This document shows, piece after piece, positions 28,779-38,826 of a stretch of DNA of 64,000 nucleotides. The stretch is from Candidatus Aenigmatarchaeota archaeon (GTDB taxonomy: Archaea; Aenigmatarchaeota; Aenigmatarchaeia; CG10238-14; SCSR01). How positions within the stretch are numbered: position 1 is the first letter of the stretch; each line of letters starts with the position of its first letter. The stretch spans positions 132,821 through 196,820 of the forward strand of contig JACPJT010000007.1 of assembly GCA_016187415.1 (NCBI GenBank), given 5' to 3'. The notes beneath the pieces are model-generated. The model was not told the DNA's origin. It did no database searches and saw only the letters and a program-made list of their open reading frames with translations. The translations under genes were made by a program, and so were the position numbers.

Positions 28779-29906
28779 TTACACACCAATTAAATTATCA
28801 ACAAATTCCTTAGCATTAAAACTTATCAGGTTTTCGTATTCTTGTCCGTTCGATAAAAACAAGATGGGCTTTTTCAATTCGTGTGTAACAGATAGGATAG
28901 CACCGCCTTTTTCATTCACATCAACTTTGGTGAATATCACGGCATCAATTCCAATTTCATTGAAAACTCTGGCTTGTAGCACCGCATCATTGCCCGTCAT
29001 GGAATCCACAACAAGTATTTTCAAATCGGGTTTGTTCACACGTATTATTTTTTTCATCTCATCAAGCAGATCCTTGTTCGTATGTGCCCTTCCTGCTGTA
29101 TCCGCAAGGACAAAATTAATCGATTTTGATTTAGCATGTTCTATCGCATCGTAGATTACGGCAGCTGGGTCTGCACCGTAAGTGTGTTTTATCACATCCA
29201 CATTGATTCTTTTTGCATGTTCTTCCAATTGCTCCAGTGAGGCCGCTCGAAATGTATCGGCTGCTGCGAAAACGCAAGAATAATTTTGATTCAATAGCCA
29301 TTTACCAATCTTTGCTAGAGTCGTGGTTTTTCCAGCGCCGTTGAACCCTATGAATAATATTACATACGGTTTTTTGTTTCCAGCGCCTTCCCTCATGTCA
29401 ATTGTTGGTACATTTAATATTCCAAGCAAGCTTTCAGAAAGTTTGTTTACAATAAATTTTTTGACTTCACCGCGTTTTACTTCGGATTCCAGCAAGGATT
29501 TTGTCAAGTCATTTTTGATTTTCTCAGCTACTTCGTACGCAACATCGCCTTCAATCAGCCCATTCTCCAGTTCGCTCAAAATAGGTGCGATGTCTTCTTC
29601 TGATAATTTCTTTTCGCTTATTTTTTTGAAAATCTTTTTGAATAACGATATTTTTTCTTCTTTCGGACTAGCGACAATTTTTTCCGTCCGTTTTTCTTCC
29701 ACTTTTTTTAATTCTTTCTCGACAGCTTCTTTAATTTCAGGTTTCTCTTCAACAATTTCCTTTATTTCTTCAATGGCACTTTTCGGTTCTTCCTCTATTT
29801 TCTTCTCAACATTTTCGATTTTTTCCTCTAACTTTTCCTCCTCTTCCTTCTTTTTTGTGAGAGATTCGATTACACTTGAAAATTTCTTTTTTAGAAACCC
29901 GAACAT
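28779..29906 (-). CDS. ftsY: SRP receptor FtsY
   Basis: GFNGAGKTTT, DTFRAA, DTAGR; acidic N-terminus. Confidence 0.96.
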   Translation of the reverse strand: MFGFLKKKFSSVIESLTKKKEEEEKLEEKIENVEKKIEEEPKSAIEEIKEIVEEKPEIKEAVEKELKKVEEKRTEKIVASPKEEKISLFKKIFKKISEKKLSEEDIAPILSELENGLIEGDVAYEVAEKIKNDLTKSLLESEVKRGEVKKFIVNKLSESLLGILNVPTIDMREGAGNKKPYVILFIGFNGAGKTTTLAKIGKWLLNQNYSCVFAAADTFRAASLEQLEEHAKRINVDVIKHTYGADPAAVIYDAIEHAKSKSINFVLADTAGRAHTNKDLLDEMKKIIRVNKPDLKILVVDSMTGNDAVLQARVFNEIGIDAVIFTKVDVNEKGGAILSVTHELKKPILFLSNGQEYENLISFNAKEFVDNLIGV

Positions 29907-29910
29907 CTAA

Positions 29911-30333
29911 TCACTCAGCAATATCTTGACCTGAATTTTTATACATTTCATTGAGTTCAGGACCCAATTGACCCATCGCATTAGAAATTTCTGAAATGTT
30001 TATCTGAATTTCTTTTAATGTGTTTTCCAATTCATTTTTTCTTTTTTTAAGCGATTCTTTCCCTTCCCCGATTGGTTTCTCCACTACAATTCCAGCGCCT
30101 ATCTCAACCAATATCTTATCTTTGTCTGTAACTGTTCCAAAAGTGTACGCTTCGGCACCCAGCTTAAATAAAACATCCTGATTATTTTCAATTTCTTCGA
30201 TGCTTGAAATCGTTGAAAGTATTTCAATTATTTTATTGCTGACCAAATCCCTTTGTTTTGCAAGTGCATCAAGTTTCGACTCTAGTATACGATACAGCAT
30301 GAATTTTTCTTGCATTTCTTTTTTGTCTGCCAT
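29911..30333 (-). CDS. pfdA: Prefoldin alpha subunit
   Basis: ILVEIGAGIVVEK hairpin between coiled coils; upstream of ftsY. Confidence 0.9.
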   Translation of the reverse strand: MADKKEMQEKFMLYRILESKLDALAKQRDLVSNKIIEILSTISSIEEIENNQDVLFKLGAEAYTFGTVTDKDKILVEIGAGIVVEKPIGEGKESLKKRKNELENTLKEIQINISEISNAMGQLGPELNEMYKNSGQDIAE

Positions 30334-30337
30334 TTTA

Positions 30338-30880
30338 TCACAATCCTAATTTTTCTTTCACAAGTAATATACCCAACAGTGCGACAAAATGCGATTTATT
30401 GGATAAAAGCAGTTTTAAAGCTCCATTTATTGGAAGTTTGATTACTTCTATAGTTTCACCTTCATCCTTTTCCAGTGGGTCATTATAGAGTTCTTGCGCC
30501 ATAAAAATGTGCCATTTCGGTGTACTTCTCCCATTTTGCAATACAGTGGCCAATTTTTCAATTTTCTTAGCGTTAAATCCAAATTCTTCTCTGAGTTCTT
30601 TCCTAGCCTGCTCTTTTAAAGTTTTTTCTGAATCTTGTCTCTCTGCGATTCCTGCCGCCGTTGTGTAAATGAAGCCCTTATGCGCAGCCTTAAATTCTCT
30701 CCCAAGATAGACATTATTTTTATTATCTAATGCGATTGTAGCTACTGCGTCACTTGATTTGAACATCTCCCAAAATGCGGTTTTACCATTACCCAAATCA
30801 ACCTTTTGTTCTACTATTTCGAACCATTTGCCATTGTATTTGGTTTTTTCCGAAACAACTTTTGGTATCATTTTAATCAA
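30338..30880 (-). CDS. NUDIX hydrolase (ADP-ribose pyrophosphatase-like)
   Basis: AGIAE...ARKELREEFG; DEGETIEV. Confidence 0.85.
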   Translation of the reverse strand: MIKMIPKVVSEKTKYNGKWFEIVEQKVDLGNGKTAFWEMFKSSDAVATIALDNKNNVYLGREFKAAHKGFIYTTAAGIAERQDSEKTLKEQARKELREEFGFNAKKIEKLATVLQNGRSTPKWHIFMAQELYNDPLEKDEGETIEVIKLPINGALKLLLSNKSHFVALLGILLVKEKLGL

Positions 30881-30884
30881 TTTA

Positions 30885-31004
30885 TGCAGGGGGAGAGATT
30901 CGAACTCTCGAACGCACTAAGCGGCCGCGTTTCTTTATCATTTGCTATCAAAGCTCAAGTGATGCTTGAGCGCGGCGGAATTGACCAGGCTATCCGACCC
31001 CTGC
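30885..31004 (-). tRNA. tRNA-Leu(CAA) with 34-nt 37/38 intron (30931-30964)
   Basis: Long variable arm; CCGCG-CTCAAG^A-CGCGG; central BHB helix imperfect. Confidence 0.85.
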
Positions 31005-31040
31005 GTAGTAGATTATTGTCAGCAAAGCAATAAAAAGATT

Positions 31041-31532
31041 TCAAATCATTTTCGTCAGTTCGGATTTCAGCTGGTCTATTTGACCCTTTAGATCTGCGAC
31101 AGTGGCGTCTATGGTCTTGATATCCTGATGTTCAGAAGAAGCATCGTTGGTCTCATGGAAACCAGCCGGTCTCAGCAATTCATCATCAAGATTAAGTAGC
31201 TTCTGCCCCATTTTTTCAACCATGTCGTTGATTATCCCATAGGTATCGTCACGAACCCTTTCAATTTGATGCATGGTATCCAATGAATTCTTTATAATCA
31301 TCAATGCTGTTTTAAGGTTTCCGATGGAATTCAGTATATGCCTATATCTATCGATTTTTACGAACAATGGGGCAACAGCGGGCTTTTCCTGTTCTTTATT
31401 CGCAACAGTCGGCTGTGATTGCGGTTTTGGCGTGTCCATTGGAACCTGTTGCAAATCCGGCATGGGAAAAGGCATTAATTCATCATGCATCTCTTCAAGC
31501 TCCTCTTTTTTCTTTCTACCAAAAAGCGACAT
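31041..31532 (-). CDS. Hypothetical coiled-coil protein
   Basis: Pro-rich N-terminus, PLFVKIDRY motif, heptad repeats. Confidence 0.7.
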   Translation of the reverse strand: MSLFGRKKKEELEEMHDELMPFPMPDLQQVPMDTPKPQSQPTVANKEQEKPAVAPLFVKIDRYRHILNSIGNLKTALMIIKNSLDTMHQIERVRDDTYGIINDMVEKMGQKLLNLDDELLRPAGFHETNDASSEHQDIKTIDATVADLKGQIDQLKSELTKMI

Positions 31533-31583
31533 CTTATCTAATCTATTTTCTATTGCCGAGAATATAAGTGTTTTCGTCCCATC

Positions 31584-32327
31584 TTACAGTTTGACCTCTT
31601 GCAGATCATCGGGAATGAAGACATCTGATTTTAAGCCTTGAAATTCGTTCAAAATAATATCTCGCCTTTTCAAAAAGGTTCGCATAATATGTACAAGTGC
31701 AAGTCTGCCAAGTTTCGTTTCTTGTAGCAATTTAACAATATCTTTAACCGTAGCATGTCCGCCTACGGGTTTATCGGGAGTACACAACTCATGTGCTAGA
31801 AGATTTGTCCCCTGATAAAGATTTTTCGATTCTTCTGTGGGTGCGCCATCACCACTATAACACATAGACCTCTCTTTAAGAGCTACCTTAATAGCGTAAT
31901 TAGGTATGACATGCGATGTAAGTGCAAAGGACAATTCAAGTTCATTGAAACTTAAACTACCGCCTATTTCGACAAATTCTATATTAAACGGATATCTAGT
32001 CAAGTCGCTCCAACCTTTCCATGACAGTTCTAGAGCGTTCAAAATACTTTCTTTCACACCTTTTTGACCTATTATCGTAAATTCTTTTTTACGACCGTCT
32101 TCCTCCATCCTTAATATCAAAGGCAATACACCGTAATAATGATCTGCATGAAAATGAGAAATGTAGACGCCATCTAGAAAATTCGGGTTTGAATTATATT
32201 CCCAAAGCGATTGTGGCACATTATAACCACAGTCCAACAAGAGTTTTGTTTTTGAATTGACTAAAATGGAAATGTTGTGCCTGTTTTCATCGAACGCCTC
32301 CCCACTACCGACAAAGACAACTTCCAT
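31584..32327 (-). CDS. MBL-fold hydrolase, RNase Z-like
   Basis: LLDCG, SHFHADH, YSGDG, LVH; start MEVVFVGSG downstream of tRNA-Gly. Confidence 0.85.
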   Translation of the reverse strand: MEVVFVGSGEAFDENRHNISILVNSKTKLLLDCGYNVPQSLWEYNSNPNFLDGVYISHFHADHYYGVLPLILRMEEDGRKKEFTIIGQKGVKESILNALELSWKGWSDLTRYPFNIEFVEIGGSLSFNELELSFALTSHVIPNYAIKVALKERSMCYSGDGAPTEESKNLYQGTNLLAHELCTPDKPVGGHATVKDIVKLLQETKLGRLALVHIMRTFLKRRDIILNEFQGLKSDVFIPDDLQEVKL

Positions 32328-32337
32328 ATTAATCGAG

Positions 32338-32425
32338 TGCGCCAGCGGGGATTTGAACCCCGGCCCTGAACTTGGCAAGCTTACACCATTTATGTTCATG
32401 TCCTACCAGGCTAGACTACTGGCGC
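32338..32425 (-). tRNA. tRNA-Gly(GCC) with 15-nt non-canonical 29/30 intron (32381-32395)
   Basis: Only the 29/30 register gives a BHB (ACAT/GTGT); mature arm TGAGC-TTGCCAA-GTTCA. Confidence 0.88.
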
Positions 32426-32447
32426 ATAATTGTATATTACTATTGAT

Positions 32448-32738
32448 TTACCCTAAAATATTTCCAAAGCCCTCTATAGCCTTGCTTTCTTCTTCCTTGA
32501 TCTTATTTATCAGCTGAGATTTTACTTCATCCTTCACTTCCGTGGCAAATTCTTTTACCAGATCAATCGCCCGTTTGCATTGCTCGTCCGTACCCGAGAT
32601 ATAACAAAAATAACCATCCTTGCCGACAAATGAACCGTCTTTGAACATCATGCTTGCCCTGCCGACTATATCATCCGCCAACAACTTGTCTTTACACTTG
32701 CCATAGTTCTCGGATTTGAAGTGCAGTACGATTTCCAT
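32448..32738 (-). CDS. Hypothetical protein
   Basis: ORF between two tRNAs; ends KIKEEESKAIEGFGNILG. Confidence 0.7.
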   Translation of the reverse strand: MEIVLHFKSENYGKCKDKLLADDIVGRASMMFKDGSFVGKDGYFCYISGTDEQCKRAIDLVKEFATEVKDEVKSQLINKIKEEESKAIEGFGNILG

Positions 32739-32773
32739 AAACATCCAATAATGTTTCAAGATTTAAATTGGTG

Positions 32774-32858
32774 AGCCTCAGATGGGACTTGAACCCACGA
32801 CCTACTGCTATTCCTTACGCATACGAAGCAGTTGCTCTGCCAACTGAGCTACTGAGGC
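32774..32858 (-). tRNA. tRNA-Thr(CGT) with 12-nt 37/38 intron (32810-32821)
   Basis: ACTGC-TTCGTA^A-GCAGT; relaxed BHB. Confidence 0.88.
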
Positions 32859-32908
32859 ACTTGCTTATTACTTTTGGCGCACAAATATAATAGTCTTATC
32901 AAGGGTGT

Positions 32909-33952
32909 TTGATGGCTAAAAAGGTTAAGGAAGAGCTTGAAGAAGCGCTGTTCTGGAAAAAGGAAAGAAATGGCATAAGGGATTTTGTATCCGCCAAGGA
33001 AGATTTCATACCTAAAGGCAAAACAGACTTCTCTATGACGCGTGAAAACAGGGACAACAAGCTCTTTGCACTCAATTTTGGCAGATTAGTAGCCATGAAC
33101 GTAGACAAGATAGAAAAGAGCAATCTGTTCCATTTCAACCCCAATTCCGATTCTCTTTTCATAGGTTTGCCCGGTTGCAATATCAAATCACCTTTTTGTT
33201 CCGAATTCGAGCTCAATAACAAGCTCATGCACGACAATCCGTTGCAGGCCAAATACCAATACAACATCCCAGAGCAGGTTGTAGCCGCTGCCGAGAAGAA
33301 GAATTGCAAGTCCATCACATTCAACTACACAGAACCTATGGTGTGGTTTGAGTTTGCGTTCAAAACAGCCAGATACGCCCATAGAGGGAACGTGAAAACA
33401 GCTTTGGTGACCAACGGTTATACCACAGAGGAACCGATTAAAAAGTTAGGCAAATTCTTGGATGCCGTTACAGTGAAAATATTCGGTTCGGGAAATCTTG
33501 GCTTGTACGAAAAATACATGGGAATCAAGGATGTGTCGCCTATTTTCCACACCCTGAAGCAGTTGTCCAAGCAAAAAATCTTTATAGAAATAACGAATCT
33601 GATAGTGCCGCAGATGGGGGATAATTTAGACGAATGCGTGAAATTGGCGGCTTGGATAAGTCACGAACTGGGCGCGGAAACGCCGTTGCATTTGCTGCAA
33701 TTCCAGCCGATAGGCGTGGACATACCGCCTACACCCGTATCGACTTTAGTAAGGTTGGCAGAAGAGTCAAGAAGGGCGGGTTTAAGATACGTTTATGTGC
33801 ATGCCACCCCATCGCACGATGAAGAGAGCACATTTTGTCATAATTGCAGGGAACTTGTGGTAGAGAGGAAAAATTCAATCGTAAAAAAGAACAAGATCAT
33901 TGACGGCAGATGCCCGAGCTGTGGATTTATGCTTAACTTTATCTCGAAATAA
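32909..33952 (+). CDS. AmmeMemoRadiSam/PflA-like radical SAM homolog with broken CxxxCxxC motif
   Basis: DKIEKSNLFHFNP, FNYTEP, VTNGY, EITNLIVP and ETPLH match the family; cluster motif reads CNIKSPFC. Confidence 0.8.
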   Translation: MMAKKVKEELEEALFWKKERNGIRDFVSAKEDFIPKGKTDFSMTRENRDNKLFALNFGRLVAMNVDKIEKSNLFHFNPNSDSLFIGLPGCNIKSPFCSEFELNNKLMHDNPLQAKYQYNIPEQVVAAAEKKNCKSITFNYTEPMVWFEFAFKTARYAHRGNVKTALVTNGYTTEEPIKKLGKFLDAVTVKIFGSGNLGLYEKYMGIKDVSPIFHTLKQLSKQKIFIEITNLIVPQMGDNLDECVKLAAWISHELGAETPLHLLQFQPIGVDIPPTPVSTLVRLAEESRRAGLRYVYVHATPSHDEESTFCHNCRELVVERKNSIVKKNKIIDGRCPSCGFMLNFISK

Positions 33953-33987
33953 GAAGACATAAATACTGGAAATGCGCCTTAATAATT

Positions 33988-34896
33988 GTGAAACTGTTTC
34001 AAATCGTTTCAGCGGGGGCATTAATCGTTTCACTTTTGATGTTTATACCCACAGCTTTCGCTGCAGTTCAGTTTTATGGTTCTGATATAGACTTGGGCGC
34101 AGATGGAAACGCCAAAATAACACTTACACTTACATTTGAAGAACCGGTAAAAGGATTCCAGTTGGGTGTTTTTGGTTCTGTTAAGAACTTTAACGCCACC
34201 AGCAATGCCGGCCCGCCACAATGCCAGGTTTACACAGGTACCGCAAGCGTCATAGACTGTAAAATGAACCTAACAGAAGATAAAAGGACGCTGGAACTGG
34301 ATTTTGAGACAGCAGACTTTGTAAAAACAATAGACGGCAAAAGCCTGTTCAGCATAGACCTGTCCCTAAGCCAGAATATACTGCAGGCATCAACCGCAGT
34401 AAAACTGCCCGAGGGATACGCATTAGCCAATACAACCACGATACCAGAAGTAACACCACCCGCAACTAACATAGTCAGCGATGGCAGGAGAATAATTGTC
34501 AATTGGAACATAGAGAACGTGACTTCGGACAAGTCGTTCAAATTCCAGACACTGTACGAACCCACAAAGGGGGCGTTTCCTGTCACACTTGTCTCCATAG
34601 GTGTCATAGCTCTGATTTCATTCTCAAGCGGCGCCTTCCTGTTCTATCGGAGAATGCGAAAGCCGAAAGAAGTAATCTTATCGGTTCTAGACGACTTTGA
34701 GAAGCGGGTAATCGAAGTCATTACCGCTGCGGGCGGTGAAATTAACCAAAGGAAAGTAGTCCAGGACACGAACTTGTCTAAAGCAAAGGTGTCAAGGGTC
34801 GTCAAAAGACTGCAGGAACGGGGCCTGATTGAGGTTACAAGGCTTGGAAGGACGAATAAGCTCAAATTAGCCCAGAAAAAATTCGGAGAGAATTAA
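33988..34896 (+). CDS. Membrane-anchored protein with extracellular domain and C-terminal wHTH (COG2512-like)
   Basis: Signal peptide, one TM, then INQRKVV...LSKAKVSRVVKRLQERGLI...GRTN. Confidence 0.85.
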   Translation: MKLFQIVSAGALIVSLLMFIPTAFAAVQFYGSDIDLGADGNAKITLTLTFEEPVKGFQLGVFGSVKNFNATSNAGPPQCQVYTGTASVIDCKMNLTEDKRTLELDFETADFVKTIDGKSLFSIDLSLSQNILQASTAVKLPEGYALANTTTIPEVTPPATNIVSDGRRIIVNWNIENVTSDKSFKFQTLYEPTKGAFPVTLVSIGVIALISFSSGAFLFYRRMRKPKEVILSVLDDFEKRVIEVITAAGGEINQRKVVQDTNLSKAKVSRVVKRLQERGLIEVTRLGRTNKLKLAQKKFGEN

Positions 34897-35025
34897 ACGC
34901 TCAAATCCATCTAATACGGTCTATTCTACCTATAGAAACAATTAACAACCCTCAAATGGGTTTAATGGTCCATTTGTACACCATTTCGAATACCGTGAAA
35001 CAATCCATCAATTGTTTCAGGCAAC

Positions 35026-35145
35026 TTATATAAGACCCAAAATGCAATTAGATTATCAATGAAACCCAAGCACTGTGCACTATGTACTACGAAAGTAGGA
35101 CGTATAAACAGTGAAAAAAACACGAAAATGTGAGGAATAAAATAA
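35026..35145 (+). promoter_or_regulatory. S-layer promoter and structured 5' UTR
   Basis: TTATATAA at ~35026; 43-nt hairpin 35071-35113 capped by GAAA; GTGAGG RBS-like site. Confidence 0.55.
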
Positions 35146-37506
35146 ATGTTTAATAAGATTGTTGCAAGTTTCATGACGACCTTAATGGTAGCCATGACAC
35201 TAGTCAGCCCAGCTTTGGGTGCAACAGCTCTTAAAGACTATCCAACGTTCCTTGGTAACGTAGGTGACTTTTACGTAGTAGTTGGTAACAATGCCGCAGC
35301 CAGCGATGTAGCAGGTGCTATAGACGTTGCTGCTAACCTTGCCCAACTCTCGTTCACGACACAAACGGTTACAACAGGAACAAGTTCAGCAACAGGAACA
35401 TCTGACAGGAAAGTGGTTCTCCCAATATCCTCGAGTGGAGGTCAAATCGCTGGTACATCTGGTTCTTCGAACCAATTCCCAGCCGAATTGAGAAACTTCT
35501 ACTACAGTGGATTGAAGGATTCCAAGTTCCAGTACAGAGGTACTGACCACAGTTTCCACGAAGCAGTATATCCTGCAACATCAGGCTCAACTCTATCGGT
35601 AACCCACTCTTTGGGTAGCCCAATAAACGGTACTATAAAGATGAGAATTGACAACAACGCTTTCGTCTACAAGTACAGATTTGACGATACGATATCAGCA
35701 GCAGATTTTAACGCTGCATCAGCGAACTCAACAACCTATACAACACCTCTAAAGGTGACAGTAGCAGGCAAGGAGTTCCAGATAGTAGCGATTGCAGATA
35801 CCACATCGTTCAAAGCCCTTGTAGGCACTGTCAAGACACTAAGCGACGGTGAGTCGGTTAAAGTTGGTGACTTGACATTGAAAGTGGTCCAGTCGTTCTC
35901 AAGTACAACTGCCAAGATCGAAGTAACAGATCCAAGTGGCAATGTCGTTAAATCAGGCATTAACACAGGCAGCACCGAGTCTGTCTCTTACGGAGGATCA
36001 ACATACAATTACAAAGTGCTTAGCTCAGGCGCTACAGCTTCAGGCGTAGCCGGTTATGCGCAAGTAGTCTTCGGTAAGGGTGACATCGAAACAACATTCG
36101 ATGGTTCAACAACAGCCGTAGTATCGGATTGGGGATCAGATTGGGCGATTGCAGGTCAGTGGCAAACAGCTGGTAGAGTGCAGAATGGAGACAACATAAC
36201 TGTTACATACAACCCTCAGTCATTGACAGATGCTAACAGATACTATACATCTGGTGGTGTCTTCAAAGGACCAGGAGATTACTTTGAGTTGAAATACTCT
36301 GGATACTATCCAGGCAATTTCGCCAAGGTAACAATAGAACCTGTAACAGGACAAACAGTTTACAACTCGACTGCAGCAACAGGCTACTCCACATCAGTAA
36401 ACGGTGGTGGCTCTTCGTTGAACGGTTTGAAGCTATCAAGCGGTGTTTCAGGTACACTAGTATCTGGAAGTACAGGATACAGTGAAATGTATCTTCTCTT
36501 CAACTCATCAGCTTCGGCTACAAACTTCAACAACAGTTACTACTGGGTGGCCTACAAGGATTCCTCAACTGGAAGAATTGTTAACTTAAACGTTACAAAA
36601 TACCCAGCATACTTCACACAAGGCGGAGCAACTCCGGGTGTTATTAACATAACCGATGCTCAAGGACTTGCTGTGATACAGAATGCCGTGGCTCCAGTTG
36701 AAAACATAACATTGTCATATGGTGGCCCAGGTGCTACAGTGACATACACATTCGGTACAACATTCAGCGCTAAAGATTTGTTGAATGTCACGGCCGGATC
36801 AACAGGAATCTTCAACTCGTCGGGTACACAGACTGTAGTGTTGTCATACCAAAACAGGACAACATCGTCAACATCAACATCTCCAGAGTTGATACTAGGT
36901 ACCAACGTCGGTACAGCCGATGCGAATGATGCAAAGGCTAGAGTAGAAGGATCATCGCAAGATGTATCTACACAAGTCGGTGACTTGATCTCAGACGAAG
37001 GTATTATAGTGTACTCAGTCAAATCAAATGCTGAGGGCAACAAAGGAGTGATAGGTGTTCCACCTGAAACTGTCTATGGATTAGTCAAGTTCGGTAAAGA
37101 AACAGCTACAGCAAGCACATCTTCAACAGTAAATGTTGTTGTGCCAGTCACCACATTGGTGGCTAAGCTTGATAGCGAAATTACATCCGCCGATAAGGCA
37201 GGCAAAGACCTAGTCCTAGTCGGAGGTCCATGTAAAAACTCTCTAGTTGCCGACCTCAAGACAGCCGGTAAGTTCGCTTACGGTTGTTCAGATTGGCCAG
37301 CTAGGAACTTCGCGATAATTCAAGTAATGGATGACGGTCTCGGAACTGGTCATCAAGTTGTGGTAGTTGCCGGAACAAGAGCTGACGATACAAGACTAGC
37401 GTCAAGCGTATTGCAGAACTATGCGACAAAGCTTTCAGCCGTAACAGGTGCGAAAGTTGAAGTCTCAGGAGCTGCTTTAGCTTCGGCTACAGTAACACCA
37501 GTCTAA
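35146..37506 (+). CDS. S-layer protein
   Basis: Signal peptide; VVVGNNAAASDVAGAIDVAA N-domain and LVLVGGPCKNSL...VVVAGTRADDTRLA C-domain; Ser/Thr/Gly-rich; followed by a T-rich terminator. Confidence 0.9.
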   Translation: MFNKIVASFMTTLMVAMTLVSPALGATALKDYPTFLGNVGDFYVVVGNNAAASDVAGAIDVAANLAQLSFTTQTVTTGTSSATGTSDRKVVLPISSSGGQIAGTSGSSNQFPAELRNFYYSGLKDSKFQYRGTDHSFHEAVYPATSGSTLSVTHSLGSPINGTIKMRIDNNAFVYKYRFDDTISAADFNAASANSTTYTTPLKVTVAGKEFQIVAIADTTSFKALVGTVKTLSDGESVKVGDLTLKVVQSFSSTTAKIEVTDPSGNVVKSGINTGSTESVSYGGSTYNYKVLSSGATASGVAGYAQVVFGKGDIETTFDGSTTAVVSDWGSDWAIAGQWQTAGRVQNGDNITVTYNPQSLTDANRYYTSGGVFKGPGDYFELKYSGYYPGNFAKVTIEPVTGQTVYNSTAATGYSTSVNGGGSSLNGLKLSSGVSGTLVSGSTGYSEMYLLFNSSASATNFNNSYYWVAYKDSSTGRIVNLNVTKYPAYFTQGGATPGVINITDAQGLAVIQNAVAPVENITLSYGGPGATVTYTFGTTFSAKDLLNVTAGSTGIFNSSGTQTVVLSYQNRTTSSTSTSPELILGTNVGTADANDAKARVEGSSQDVSTQVGDLISDEGIIVYSVKSNAEGNKGVIGVPPETVYGLVKFGKETATASTSSTVNVVVPVTTLVAKLDSEITSADKAGKDLVLVGGPCKNSLVADLKTAGKFAYGCSDWPARNFAIIQVMDDGLGTGHQVVVVAGTRADDTRLASSVLQNYATKLSAVTGAKVEVSGAALASATVTPV

Positions 37507-37609
37507 AAAGCTGACACGAAGAAGGAAATTTACTTTCCCCTTCTTTTTCTTTTTCTCTTAAAACGACTTGAGAAATTTATCCCGAAAATGTTTTTATAGT
37601 TAGCTTATC

Positions 37610-38167
37610 ATGTTTAATTCTATGAAATTCAGATTCGGGAAAAAACAGCTGGCTCTTTTAGTGGCATGCCTTGTCGTTGTTGCGGCTGTCGGCATCGGAA
37701 TCTACCTTTCAACGCCCAAAGAAATAAAACATTACAATTTTTACGGTACTCAAATAGCGTTCAGGGACGACCTGAGGAATGCGAAGAACATTTCAGTTTA
37801 CCCGGACGACAAAGCAATCCAAGCAGCCGTATGGAACCCGGACTTGAAAAACATAACAATCGCTTTTGTGAATTCGTCTGACAATAATCTCATGGCTGTC
37901 GATTCGTTTGAAATAACCTACAAGATGAGCATAGCTTACAACAAATTCGACTGGTTTATCAATTTTAACGGCAAAGAGGTGGGTTCTTTCGGGAATCTGA
38001 CTGGCACAAAAGACAATCTTGTAATCGCACTGGTTCCCCCGTCAATCGCAAACGAAACCAAAGTAGAGATGAAAGACAACGTGATTTACATTAAAGGGAA
38101 AACACCCGTCGATTTCGACAGGGCGACAATAAGGTTCATCATGTCCGCCCTAAACATAACGGTCTAG
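37610..38167 (+). CDS. Membrane-anchored hypothetical protein
   Basis: N-terminal TM. Confidence 0.7.
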   Translation: MFNSMKFRFGKKQLALLVACLVVVAAVGIGIYLSTPKEIKHYNFYGTQIAFRDDLRNAKNISVYPDDKAIQAAVWNPDLKNITIAFVNSSDNNLMAVDSFEITYKMSIAYNKFDWFINFNGKEVGSFGNLTGTKDNLVIALVPPSIANETKVEMKDNVIYIKGKTPVDFDRATIRFIMSALNITV

Positions 38168-38826
38168 CATCCAAGCATCTGGCTCAGATTATCTTTCATG
38201 GTCAGGCCCCGAAAGACATATTTCTCATCTATTATTACTGACGGGTATTTTGTTATGTTGAATTGGCTCGTTATGGCGCCGACTACAACCAAGTCCGTAT
38301 CGACTGTTATAGGAATAAGCATCATCTTCTTGCCGCATTTCCCCTTCAGGTCCAAAAGTATGGATGACTGGACCTTGTTGTTCACTTCCTCCCCAGTTGT
38401 TGTGTTTTTTTTGTTGGACAGATACACAACTGTATGGTAATCGAAGTTGCATTGCTGTTTCAGTTCTATGCTGTTTAGCCAGAACTGCGTCTGCAACAGG
38501 GTGTATCTCCTCCATTCCTGCTGGACGTCCGGCGTGAATATGTTTGCGTCAATTTTCTTTTCGATTTCCTTGCCAGCGCTATAAATTTTATCGTTGTACG
38601 CGAGATTCTGTTGGAGCGCAGAACTGCAGTAATCCTTCCCGAATTTCTGGAAATAGTTGTTCAGCAGTCTTGCGTCATTGAAATTTATGTCGGATTCGGA
38701 TAAGGTATTCCTGATGCTGTCCAGTCTGAAATTATCCAGCCACATCCCGATCATCACGCCGACCAGAAGTACGAAAATTGATAAAATCCCGGCCTGTATG
38801 TACACCCTTTTCATTTTGTGAGCCAT
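38164..38826 (-). CDS. Membrane-anchored hypothetical protein (possible thioredoxin-like C-terminus)
   Basis: N-terminal TM; FNITKYPSVII motif; overlaps the GT2 gene. Confidence 0.7.
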   Translation of the reverse strand: MAHKMKRVYIQAGILSIFVLLVGVMIGMWLDNFRLDSIRNTLSESDINFNDARLLNNYFQKFGKDYCSSALQQNLAYNDKIYSAGKEIEKKIDANIFTPDVQQEWRRYTLLQTQFWLNSIELKQQCNFDYHTVVYLSNKKNTTTGEEVNNKVQSSILLDLKGKCGKKMMLIPITVDTDLVVVGAITSQFNITKYPSVIIDEKYVFRGLTMKDNLSQMLGC

